DNA from: a virus | Taxonomy: Duplodnaviria > Caudoviricetes | Virus record (IMG/VR): IMGVR_UViG_3300034148_000022 | Span: 1 to 34,642 of that record | Direction: 5' to 3' (one strand) | DNA: 34,642 nt | In this document: positions 5,579 to 12,669 of the stretch, piece after piece | Numbering within the stretch: position 1 is the first letter of the stretch | How the letters are laid out: each line of letters opens with the position of its first letter | Notes under the pieces: model-generated | What the model saw: the letters and a program-made list of their open reading frames with translations, nothing else | The model's database searches: none | What the model was told of the DNA's origin: nothing | Position numbers and translations under genes: made by a program

Positions 5579-6169
5579 ATGGTTTATCGTCGTCGATCTG
5601 AGCTGACGCCTGAGGAGCTTGAGGCGGCGCGGGCGCGGGGTCGTGCGCAGAAGCGTCGTTGGTATGACGAGCATTACCGGCCGGGGTCTACGGTTCGGAA
5701 GCGCGCGCGGGCTGCAGCGATAGCGGCGCGTCGGGCTGAGAAGGCTGCAGCGAAGGAGGTTGCTCGAAAGGCTCTGGCTGCTCGGGTTGCAGCGAATGCG
5801 GCTGCTCGTCTTGAGCGGACACCGTTGCTACAGCGTGCGTGGCGCGCTGCGAACCCTGACTACATGCGGGAATACGGGCGGGCCTGGCGGCAGTTGAACG
5901 CTGAGAAGGAACGTGCGCGGAAGCGTCGGCGCAAGCAAGCGAAGCGTGTTGGCATTCGCGATCGGCTGTTCAAGCTGCAGCGTGGACGGTGCGCGTATTG
6001 CCGGAAGAAGTTGGTGGTGGGTGAGGTTCACCTCGATCACGTTGTCCCGCTGGCCCTTGGCGGCGTGGACAAGTTTTCGAACCTGCAATTGGCGTGTGCG
6101 CCGTGCAATCAGGCAAAGCATGCGAAGGCGCCGGAGGCTTTTGCGCGCGAGAAGGGGATGCTGGTTTAG
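5579..6169 (+). CDS. HNH endonuclease, 196 aa
   Basis: CAYC...HLDHVVPLALGG...NLQLACAPCNQAK; basic helical N-terminal region. Confidence 0.93.
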   Translation: MVYRRRSELTPEELEAARARGRAQKRRWYDEHYRPGSTVRKRARAAAIAARRAEKAAAKEVARKALAARVAANAAARLERTPLLQRAWRAANPDYMREYGRAWRQLNAEKERARKRRRKQAKRVGIRDRLFKLQRGRCAYCRKKLVVGEVHLDHVVPLALGGVDKFSNLQLACAPCNQAKHAKAPEAFAREKGMLV

Positions 6170-6188
6170 TGCGATGCGTGAGGGTGTG

Positions 6189-6380
6189 ATGCGCGAGACG
6201 CTGGCGGTGATTGTCGCTCCGCATTTTTATTGTGGGATCGTGCTGCGCGAGGATCGGGTGATCGAGGCGGCGCCGATTGTTCGGTACATGCGCGGGTGGT
6301 CGCGGGATCGGGTGCGGGAATATTGCGCGGGGAAGCGGTGGAAGGTTTCGGTGGTGTATGCGGATCGGGAGCATGCGTGA
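6189..6380 (+). CDS. Small hypothetical phage protein, 63 aa (APHFYCG...AAPIVRYMRGW)
   Basis: GAGGG SD before the ATG; tight packing with neighbours. Confidence 0.75.
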   Translation: MRETLAVIVAPHFYCGIVLREDRVIEAAPIVRYMRGWSRDRVREYCAGKRWKVSVVYADREHA

Positions 6381-6453
6381 TCAGTTTGGGTGGTGGGCGG
6401 GGTTTGCGCTGTTCATGATGCTGGCGGCGATTGTGGTGTTGTGGGTGATGTGA
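6373..6453 (+). CDS. 26-aa single-pass membrane peptide (MRDQFGWWAGFALFMMLAAIVVLWVM)
   Basis: GGGAG upstream; overlaps the previous stop; TGATG-coupled to the next gene; hydrophobic run. Confidence 0.6.
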   Translation: MRDQFGWWAGFALFMMLAAIVVLWVM

Positions 6454-6674
6454 TGGCGCGTGGTCTGACGGAATTTGAGCAGGGGGCCTGGGCGCGCAAG
6501 GTTGCGGGCGGGGTGGTTGAGCGGTTTGCCGACGCTGCGGCGATCGAGACGGCGCATTACGCGACGTGTTCGCTGATCGTTGCGATGGCGAGCCTGGTGC
6601 TGTCGGATCCGGCATTGGCGATGCGGGTTGGCGGGTTGATGGAGGCTCCGCGGGGGGACGATGCGGATGGCTAG
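6453..6674 (+). CDS. Hypothetical protein, 73 aa
   Basis: TGATG coupling to the upstream peptide gene. Confidence 0.65.
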   Translation: MARGLTEFEQGAWARKVAGGVVERFADAAAIETAHYATCSLIVAMASLVLSDPALAMRVGGLMEAPRGDDADG

Positions 6675-6804
6675 GAACTGGGGGGTTCGGGTGGACGGTC
6701 GTGGTCGGTGGGAGGCGGTTGACGTTTGGATTGAGGTTTTGGCGATCGGGCTGGTTCTGGTGTCGGTGATGCTGGTGGCCTGGATGTTGCGGGGGGCGTG
6801 GTGA
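6661..6804 (+). CDS. 47-aa membrane protein (…WIEVLAIGLVLVSVMLVAWMLRGAW)
   Basis: Overlaps the upstream stop, TGATG-coupled downstream, one TM segment. Confidence 0.6.
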   Translation: MRMARNWGVRVDGRGRWEAVDVWIEVLAIGLVLVSVMLVAWMLRGAW

Positions 6805-6953
6805 TGAGCAATTTTGAAAACGAACTGACTGCGCTGATCAACGACTGGCTCAAGCGCGGAGACGACCCTCGCAGCATGAGGGACGCCATGATCGAGGAGA
6901 CGAAGCGCCTGACCGCTCGGCTCCCCTCCGCGGAGACAGCAAGGGATGATTGA
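6804..6953 (+). CDS. Hypothetical protein, 49 aa (MSNFENELTALINDWLKRG...)
   Basis: Coupled start; helical composition; fills the gap between neighbours. Confidence 0.6.
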   Translation: MSNFENELTALINDWLKRGDDPRSMRDAMIEETKRLTARLPSAETARDD

Positions 6954-7158
6954 GAAGCGGGCAGCACGAAGTGACGTGCTTCAAACTGTCGGGGCGACTG
7001 CAAGCGCCCGCCCGCGCGATGCCGACGAGCTTGCGGCCGAGGGGGCGCGGCTGCTCAAGCTGTGGGGTCGGCCGCATAATTTGCTGTTTTTGCATCCGGC
7101 GCAGGAATGGATGGCGGTCGATCTGCAGACGCCGTTCCTCAGATATCGGAGGCTGTGA
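6946..7158 (+). CDS. Hypothetical protein, 70 aa
   Basis: Overlapping start and TGATG-coupled stop. Confidence 0.55.
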   Translation: MIEKRAARSDVLQTVGATASARPRDADELAAEGARLLKLWGRPHNLLFLHPAQEWMAVDLQTPFLRYRRL

Positions 7159-7313
7159 TGCCGTTGACGGCGAAGGGGAAGAAGGTGCTGGCGGCGATGC
7201 GGAAGGAATATGGTCCGAAGAAGGGCGAGGCGGTGTTTTATGCGTCGGTGAACAAAGGGAAGCTGAAGGGGGTTGAGGGTCGCGCGGGGAAATCGAGCAG
7301 GAGGAAATCGTGA
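7158..7313 (+). CDS. Small basic conserved phage protein, 51 aa (MPLTAKGKKVLAAMRKEYG...VFYASVNKG)
   Basis: GGAGG SD; MPLTxKGKK...YG...VFYASxNKG pattern recalled from many phage packaging regions. Confidence 0.85.
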   Translation: MPLTAKGKKVLAAMRKEYGPKKGEAVFYASVNKGKLKGVEGRAGKSSRRKS

Positions 7314-7537
7314 ACACGAAAGAGACGAAGATCGACATTCAGCCGCCTGGGAAGCCGGGCGAGACGGAGGATCTGGCTGGGTTGCCGAAGGCGGACCGCG
7401 AGGCGCGCGAACGCGAGGAGCTTGTGCGCCAGGAGCGGGTGCGGCGCGGCTTGCCGGACGAGGATCCGCGGCAGCAGCCGCAACCGGGGCAGCCGGGGCA
7501 GCGGCAGCAGCCGCAGCGGGACGCGGACAAGGACTAG
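7310..7537 (+). CDS. Hypothetical protein, 75 aa, Q/P-rich tail
   Basis: AGGAGG SD; GTGA overlap. Confidence 0.7.
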   Translation: MNTKETKIDIQPPGKPGETEDLAGLPKADREAREREELVRQERVRRGLPDEDPRQQPQPGQPGQRQQPQRDADKD

Positions 7538-7667
7538 GCGAGTTTCGCGTTGCGTGTCAGGCTGGCGGGCGCGTCTTGAGAGGGCGCGTCCGTTTTGCTG
7601 TGGTGCGAGGCGGGCGATGGACGCGGCGACGGTGTTGTGGTGGCGGCGGCAGGTTGAGGAGGCGGTG

Positions 7668-8114
7668 ATGCGCGAGACGGAGAAGCGTTTGGAGGCGGCG
7701 CTGCATGCGGTTTACGAGCTGGACGCGGCGTTGCGGGTGGTGAGCGAGAAGCTGCACCAGGCGGTGGAGGGCAGCGCGGTCGACGAGGCGGCGCTGAAGA
7801 TGGCCGAGGCTGCGCTGTTGCGGGCCGAGGTGGTGCTGGCGGGTGGCAAGCCGCGGCATGACGAGGATGCGCCGGCCGAGCCGCTCGAGCCGGACGCGGA
7901 CGAGGATGATCCGCTCGACGAGCCGGTGCCGGCGCGGCCGGCGGTCGAGGAGCCTGGGATTGCGGTGCCGAAGCGGTCGCCGCGCGAGGAGGTGGTGCCG
8001 GAGCCGCGGGCGACAAACGTGACGGTGGCCTCGTCGAACACGCGGCTGGCGGAATTGCAGAACCGGTCGCGGCGGCTGTCGGCGGATTTGACGCGCGGCC
8101 ACGGGCAGCGTTGA
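7668..8114 (+). CDS. Hypothetical protein, 148 aa, helical N-terminus and acidic Pro-rich linker
   Basis: GAGGAGG SD before the ATG at 7668. Confidence 0.75.
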   Translation: MRETEKRLEAALHAVYELDAALRVVSEKLHQAVEGSAVDEAALKMAEAALLRAEVVLAGGKPRHDEDAPAEPLEPDADEDDPLDEPVPARPAVEEPGIAVPKRSPREEVVPEPRATNVTVASSNTRLAELQNRSRRLSADLTRGHGQR

Positions 8115-8123
8115 ATTGGATTG

Positions 8124-8222
8124 GCGGCCCGGCGGGGAAAGCTGCCGGTCGTACCGGGGATGAGCGAAAGTCCTTTGATGAGGCGTCAGGGGACATGCCC
8201 TGCCGGGCCGCGACATGCGAGG
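8124..8222 (+). ncRNA. Candidate three-way-junction RNA followed by start motif copy 9 (ACATGCGAGG)
   Basis: 14-bp closing stem 8124-8137/8198-8211, inner hairpins 8141-8165 and 8170-8194 (11 bp), linkers AAA, GAAA and AUG; G-U pairs favour the + strand. Confidence 0.6.
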
Positions 8223-8228
8223 TGTGAG

Positions 8229-8285
8229 ATGGTGAAGCTTCAGATCCTGATCGAGTTCGTGGGGTTCATGCTGCGGAGGCGGTGA
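8229..8285 (+). CDS. 18-aa peptide (MVKLQILIEFVGFMLRRR)
   Basis: GAGGTG SD within the start motif; TGATG-coupled to the next gene. Confidence 0.45.
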   Translation: MVKLQILIEFVGFMLRRR

Positions 8286-8488
8286 TGTTCGGGTTTCCGC
8301 TGCGCTGGTGGATTGACGCCCAGCTCATCGGGATCCTGCTCGGCATCGTGCTGTTGGTGGTCGGCTGCGCGGTGCAGCCGTTCACGGTGTCGCCGCTGAC
8401 CTTGTCGCAGGGGGTGGCGCCAATGCCGGTGGTGGCGCCGCTGCAAAATCATATCCGGCTGCCGTCGTGCGGGCAGTGTCACAGGTGA
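8285..8488 (+). CDS. Small putative lipoprotein with C-terminal CxxCH, 67 aa
   Basis: GGAGG SD; hydrophobic stretch ending in lipobox-like LVVGC; ends SCGQCHR. Confidence 0.65.
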   Translation: MFGFPLRWWIDAQLIGILLGIVLLVVGCAVQPFTVSPLTLSQGVAPMPVVAPLQNHIRLPSCGQCHR

Positions 8489-8492
8489 GGCG

Positions 8493-9515
8493 ATGATGGC
8501 GAAACCGGTTGAACCAGTGAACGGGGGCGAGACGACGATGGGCGGGACGATGGTGAGTGTGAAGGATGCGCCGTTCGGAGCGAAGGGCGACGGGACGACC
8601 GACGACAGCGATGCGCTGCAACGCGCCTTCGACGGACCGGACCGGCATATCTACTTTCCGCGCGGCCGCTACCTGGTGACGCGCCCGATCAATTTCGAAA
8701 CGCCGGAGCTGAATTTCCACTACGAGGGCGAGCCGGGCGCGCACATCCTCGGCAATTTTCCCGACGCGCTGTTCAAGCGGTCGGTCAAGTCGCCGATCGG
8801 CGGCGTGCATGTGGTCGAGAAGCTGATCTTCGAAAACGGCCACGCCGAGGGCAAGGGGCTGATGATCCATTCGTGCGTGATGGCGCGCGTGGTGTCTTGC
8901 CAGTTTCAGGGCCAGTGCAAGGTCGGGATCGAGACGTTCAACAGCCAGTGCGCCACGCTGGACACCTGCACCATCATCGGCATCCGCGGCGTCGGCCTGA
9001 TGGCGGGCAATGCGACGACTGCGCTGAACTGCGACATCACCGGCTGCGTCGAGGGGATCCGCCACCAGAATCTCGGGCTGGTCGTGCTGGGCGGCCGCTA
9101 CGAGGTGAACGGCATCGCCATCCACCTCGGCATGAACGAGAAGGGCGAGGCGTGGCAGTCGACCGGCTTCAAGATCAGCGGGCTGTCGATGGAATCGAAC
9201 GACCACGGCATCTACATGCTGGCCGCCGCATCAGGCACGGTGGATGCCTGCGCGATCACCAACAACACGCCCGACAAGCACTCGGGCATCTTCATGCACA
9301 ATGCAGAGGAAATCGGAGTCAGTGCGATCGGCGTCAGCAGCGGGACGCATCCCTTCCTTGACGCCGGCATCTTCCTGAACAACCCGAAGCATTGCTCGTT
9401 CGGCGCCATCCGCATCAACGTGGCGAGCGGCAAGACCTGGCGGCTGGCCGAGGACATGCCGTCGCGCGGGCTGTTCTTCGCGCCGTCGTGCAATCCGATG
9501 CCGGAGGGCGTGTGA
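8493..9515 (+). CDS. Right-handed beta-helix protein (pectate lyase 3/GH55-like N-terminus), depolymerase-like, 340 aa
   Basis: SVKDAPFGAKGDGTTDDSDALQRAFD...IYFPRGRYLV; repeated GI-x-hydrophobic rungs. Confidence 0.85.
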   Translation: MMAKPVEPVNGGETTMGGTMVSVKDAPFGAKGDGTTDDSDALQRAFDGPDRHIYFPRGRYLVTRPINFETPELNFHYEGEPGAHILGNFPDALFKRSVKSPIGGVHVVEKLIFENGHAEGKGLMIHSCVMARVVSCQFQGQCKVGIETFNSQCATLDTCTIIGIRGVGLMAGNATTALNCDITGCVEGIRHQNLGLVVLGGRYEVNGIAIHLGMNEKGEAWQSTGFKISGLSMESNDHGIYMLAAASGTVDACAITNNTPDKHSGIFMHNAEEIGVSAIGVSSGTHPFLDAGIFLNNPKHCSFGAIRINVASGKTWRLAEDMPSRGLFFAPSCNPMPEGV

Positions 9516-9772
9516 CGAAGCGGCGCAAGGCGACGATCATCGTCCTGCCCGGTGTCGAGCGGCGCGACCTCGGCGTCGAGCTGTCGTCGCGGCATATCTT
9601 CGAGGATGCGATCGAGGAGGGCGTGGTCGACGCAATCGTGGTGGGGCGTGGCCGGGCGGGCGAGCTTTATGTGGCGTCGGCCGGAGCGGATACGGACCGG
9701 GTGATCGGCCTCTTGATGCGGGCGGCGACCTGGCTGGCGCGCAGCGAGGTGGTGCAGACGGAGGACGAGTGA
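9512..9772 (+). CDS. Hypothetical protein, 86 aa
   Basis: GGAGG SD; GTGA overlaps at both ends. Confidence 0.75.
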   Translation: MTKRRKATIIVLPGVERRDLGVELSSRHIFEDAIEEGVVDAIVVGRGRAGELYVASAGADTDRVIGLLMRAATWLARSEVVQTEDE

Positions 9773-10509
9773 CCTGGATCACGCTGTCCGAGGCGGACAT
9801 CGTGGAGGCCGATGCCTGTGGCGAGCAGCGCCGCGCACTGTCGAAGGCGCTGCGGCTCAAGTCGAGCAACAACGCGCCGATGGATGATGCGACGGCGCTG
9901 GCGCGCGACATCTGGGGGGCGCGCGGCGAGGTGGCCGGGCGCAACTACCTGGCGCCGGTCAAGTGGAAGAAGTTCCTGACCGAGGACGAGTTGCGGTCGG
10001 GCAAGAAGCTGCCGGACCTCGAGGACTGGATCGACGTCAAGGCCTGCCGACAGTCGCATCATTGCCTGATGGTGCAGCACGATAATCCTCCCGATGTGGC
10101 CTATCTGCTGATCTGCGCGGCCGAGCATCCGCACCATCGCGTGGTCGGCTGGTGCTGGGGGCATGAGGCGAAGCAGGAGCGGTTCTGGGAGGATAAGTCG
10201 CGCCGCAACCGGTGGGCCTTTTTCGTGCCGCGCAACGACCCGATCCTGCGATCGCCGCTCGACCTGTTTCGCGAGGTGCGCCGGCGCCAGGGGGCAGAGC
10301 CGGGCTTTGTCGGCGAGCGGGACGGGCATTTCGTCCACTATTGCCATTGCGGGCGCTGGGGATCGTTCGGCTACGGGGCCAGCCTGCGCAAGGACATCCT
10401 CGGCACCTGGTATTGCAAGGATCACAAGCCGACGCCGCAGGAGCCGCTGCCGCCGCTGCCGCGTCCGCCGCCGCCGCCGCCGGCGCAGGGGGACTTGTTC
10501 GCGGAGTGA
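9769..10509 (+). CDS. PD-(D/E)XK nuclease-like protein with C-terminal Cys/His domain, 246 aa
   Basis: GARGEVA...PD...IDVK; C-terminal HYCHCGRWGSFG...WYCKDH. Confidence 0.55.
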   Translation: MTWITLSEADIVEADACGEQRRALSKALRLKSSNNAPMDDATALARDIWGARGEVAGRNYLAPVKWKKFLTEDELRSGKKLPDLEDWIDVKACRQSHHCLMVQHDNPPDVAYLLICAAEHPHHRVVGWCWGHEAKQERFWEDKSRRNRWAFFVPRNDPILRSPLDLFREVRRRQGAEPGFVGERDGHFVHYCHCGRWGSFGYGASLRKDILGTWYCKDHKPTPQEPLPPLPRPPPPPPAQGDLFAE

Positions 10510-12062
10510 GTCTGCTGCACTTTCCGCGCGTGACCCTGCCCACCCTCAAGTTCACGGAAGACGGCCGGAAGATTTACGAGCCGGACGGCGAGGTGCTGTG
10601 CCGGTTCATCACCGATCGCTCACCCGTGAGCATCATCCGCGGACCCTGGGGCAGCGGGAAGACCCTGGCGGTGATCAACAAGATCTGGGCGATATCCTGC
10701 GAGCAGACGCCCTCGCCGATGGACGGGTTGAGGAAGACCCGGTGGGGGATTGTGCGCAATACTTACAGTGAACTGCGCGATACGACCCTGAAAGACGTGG
10801 TCGACTGGCTGCCGCCGCAGCAATACGGCGAGTTGCGGCTGTCGAAGCCGATGGAATACTCGCTGTCGCTGGCGGACGTCCGCTGCGAGCTGGTGTTCAT
10901 GGCGCTGGATACGCCCGAGGACGTGAGCAAGCTCTTCTCGACCCAGTTCACCGGGTTCTGGTTTCACGAAATGCAGTTTGCGACCAAGCAGGTGTTTGAC
11001 GACGCCGAGGGCCGCACCGGGCGGTTTCCGCCGATCAGGGATGGCGGGCCGAAATGGTCCGGGGTGCTGGGCGACATGAACGAGCCGGGCGAGGATCACT
11101 GGATCCCGCAGATGACCGGCGAGGTGCCGTATCCCACGGATATGTCGAGCGACGAGCGGGCGCGCATGCGCTGGCCGAAGGAATGGGGCTATTTCGTGCA
11201 GCCGCCGGCGCTGAACGAGGTGTTCGGCGTCGATGGCAAGACGGTCACTGCATATAGAGTGAACCCGCGCGCCGAAAACCTGAGATGGTTGCCGGTCAAG
11301 TTTTACCACGACAAGGTGCGCGGCAAGACCAAGCAGTGGGTCGATTCTAAACTGATGAACCGCATCAGCCTCTATGTAGAGGGCCGGCCGGTCTGGGGGC
11401 AATTCTCGCCCGAGACGCATGTCGCGAAGCAGGACATCAAGCCGCTGCCCGGCTATCCGATCCTGATCGGGCTGGATTTCGGGCGCTCGCCCGCAGCTGT
11501 GTTCGGGCAGGTCGTCAACAATCGCTGGGTGATCCTCGACGAGCTGGTGGCGTTCGGGATCGGGGCGGTGGAGTTCGCCCCGCTGGTGAAGCGGAAGCTC
11601 GACCAGCGGTTTCCCGGCTATGCGTTCCGGCTGCACGGCGACCCGAAAGGGCAGGACAAGACCCAGTCGGACGAGCGGACCGCGTATGACATTTTTGAAT
11701 CGTTCGGCATGACGGTCAACCCGGCGCCGGTGCCACAGAACAACATCCAGACCCGGATCGACGCGGTCACCTTCGTCTTGCGCGAGATGCAGGACGGGAT
11801 GCCAAGGCTGTTGTTGGACCCGAGCCGGCCGCGCACCCTGAAGGTGGCCATGGCCGGGAAATATCACTTTGAGAAGATCAAAGGCTCCGGCCTGATCAAG
11901 GAAGTGCCGGTCAAGGACCAGTACAGCAACGTCGCGGACGCGCTGCAGTATCTGGTCCTCGGCGAGGGCGAGGGGCGCGCCATGGTCGGCCGGCCGATCG
12001 GCAAGCGGGCGGCGCCGGTGCAGACCCGGCGGTCGCTGCGCATGCGTCGGCGCGTGGCATGA
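10506..12062 (+). CDS. terL: Terminase large subunit, 518 aa
   Basis: Walker A GPWGSGKT, IVRNTYSEL, Walker B-like GFWFHE, RNase H-fold nuclease motifs IGLDFG, GDP and VADALQY; GTG start overlapping the upstream stop. Confidence 0.95.
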   Translation: MSLLHFPRVTLPTLKFTEDGRKIYEPDGEVLCRFITDRSPVSIIRGPWGSGKTLAVINKIWAISCEQTPSPMDGLRKTRWGIVRNTYSELRDTTLKDVVDWLPPQQYGELRLSKPMEYSLSLADVRCELVFMALDTPEDVSKLFSTQFTGFWFHEMQFATKQVFDDAEGRTGRFPPIRDGGPKWSGVLGDMNEPGEDHWIPQMTGEVPYPTDMSSDERARMRWPKEWGYFVQPPALNEVFGVDGKTVTAYRVNPRAENLRWLPVKFYHDKVRGKTKQWVDSKLMNRISLYVEGRPVWGQFSPETHVAKQDIKPLPGYPILIGLDFGRSPAAVFGQVVNNRWVILDELVAFGIGAVEFAPLVKRKLDQRFPGYAFRLHGDPKGQDKTQSDERTAYDIFESFGMTVNPAPVPQNNIQTRIDAVTFVLREMQDGMPRLLLDPSRPRTLKVAMAGKYHFEKIKGSGLIKEVPVKDQYSNVADALQYLVLGEGEGRAMVGRPIGKRAAPVQTRRSLRMRRRVA

Positions 12063-12523
12063 ATATCGGCGCGATCGTCCCCGGCGCCGCGATCACCGAA
12101 TACGAGCCGACGCACTGGATGCTGGTGTTCTGGCCGCGGGCGGCGAAGGACTGGGTCAATCGCTGGGTGCCGGGGCGGTTCAAGCATGTCTCGGCGATCG
12201 GCTATGTGGCGCGGACCCGGATGTGGCTGTTCTACGACATCCAGCTCCCGCGCACGGTGATCGTGGCGGTGCCGCAGGACCACGGTGGCGAACTGGTGGC
12301 CGGACGTTTCATGACAAACAATGCGGTGCTGCAGATGCCGGTCAATCTCGCGGGCCGGCGCTGGGGGGTGATGACGCCGTGGTGCGTGGGCGGGATCAAG
12401 CACCTGATCGGCCTCAAGTCGTGTGCGTTGACCCCCGACGGGCTTTGGCGGGATTGTATCGCGAACGGCGCGGAGGTGCTGTCCGATGCAACGCCCACCC
12501 GACATGAGCTACCGGCCCACTGA
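12059..12523 (+). CDS. Permuted papain-like (NlpC/P60-type) protein, 154 aa
   Basis: His motif FKHVSA precedes Cys motif WCVGGIKHLIG...LTPDGLW. Confidence 0.55.
   Translation: MNIGAIVPGAAITEYEPTHWMLVFWPRAAKDWVNRWVPGRFKHVSAIGYVARTRMWLFYDIQLPRTVIVAVPQDHGGELVAGRFMTNNAVLQMPVNLAGRRWGVMTPWCVGGIKHLIGLKSCALTPDGLWRDCIANGAEVLSDATPTRHELPAH
12422..12457 (+). promoter_or_regulatory. TGTGCGTTGA promoter-like motif, copy 1
   Basis: TGTGCG-TTGACC-18 nt-GATTGT upstream of the 12486 gene and the portal. Confidence 0.6.
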
Positions 12524-12662
12524 CGAGGAAAAGCGCGCCGCGGCCGCGGCCAAGGAAGAGAAGATCCTGTCGGTCCAGGACCGGGCCGAATCCAGCACCG
12601 AGCGGCTTTATCGATTGTTCGGCGCGCGCGGCGCGCTGCCGCTCAAGACGTTGATGAAGTAG
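12486..12662 (+). CDS. Small pre-portal virion protein, 58 aa (MQRPPDMSYRPTDEEKR...)
   Basis: GGAGGT SD; ends 7 nt before the portal start; usual podovirus position. Confidence 0.75.
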   Translation: MQRPPDMSYRPTDEEKRAAAAAKEEKILSVQDRAESSTERLYRLFGARGALPLKTLMK

Positions 12663-12669
12663 GCCGCGC

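Noticed and set aside
8161-8185. GAAA and UUGAUGAG in the three-way junction as a hammerhead core
   Set aside because: Elements are in the wrong spacing, UGAUGA is buried in a stem, and C3 is missing.
6373-8488. Lysis cassette (holin/spanin) from the TM peptides and the lipoprotein
   Set aside because: No endolysin or i-spanin-like gene is adjacent; evidence is insufficient.
10212-10505. 616-aa terL start given by the ORF track
   Set aside because: The extension is Ala/Arg-rich shadow sequence overlapping the 9769-10509 gene; GTG at 10506 gives the usual 4-nt overlap.
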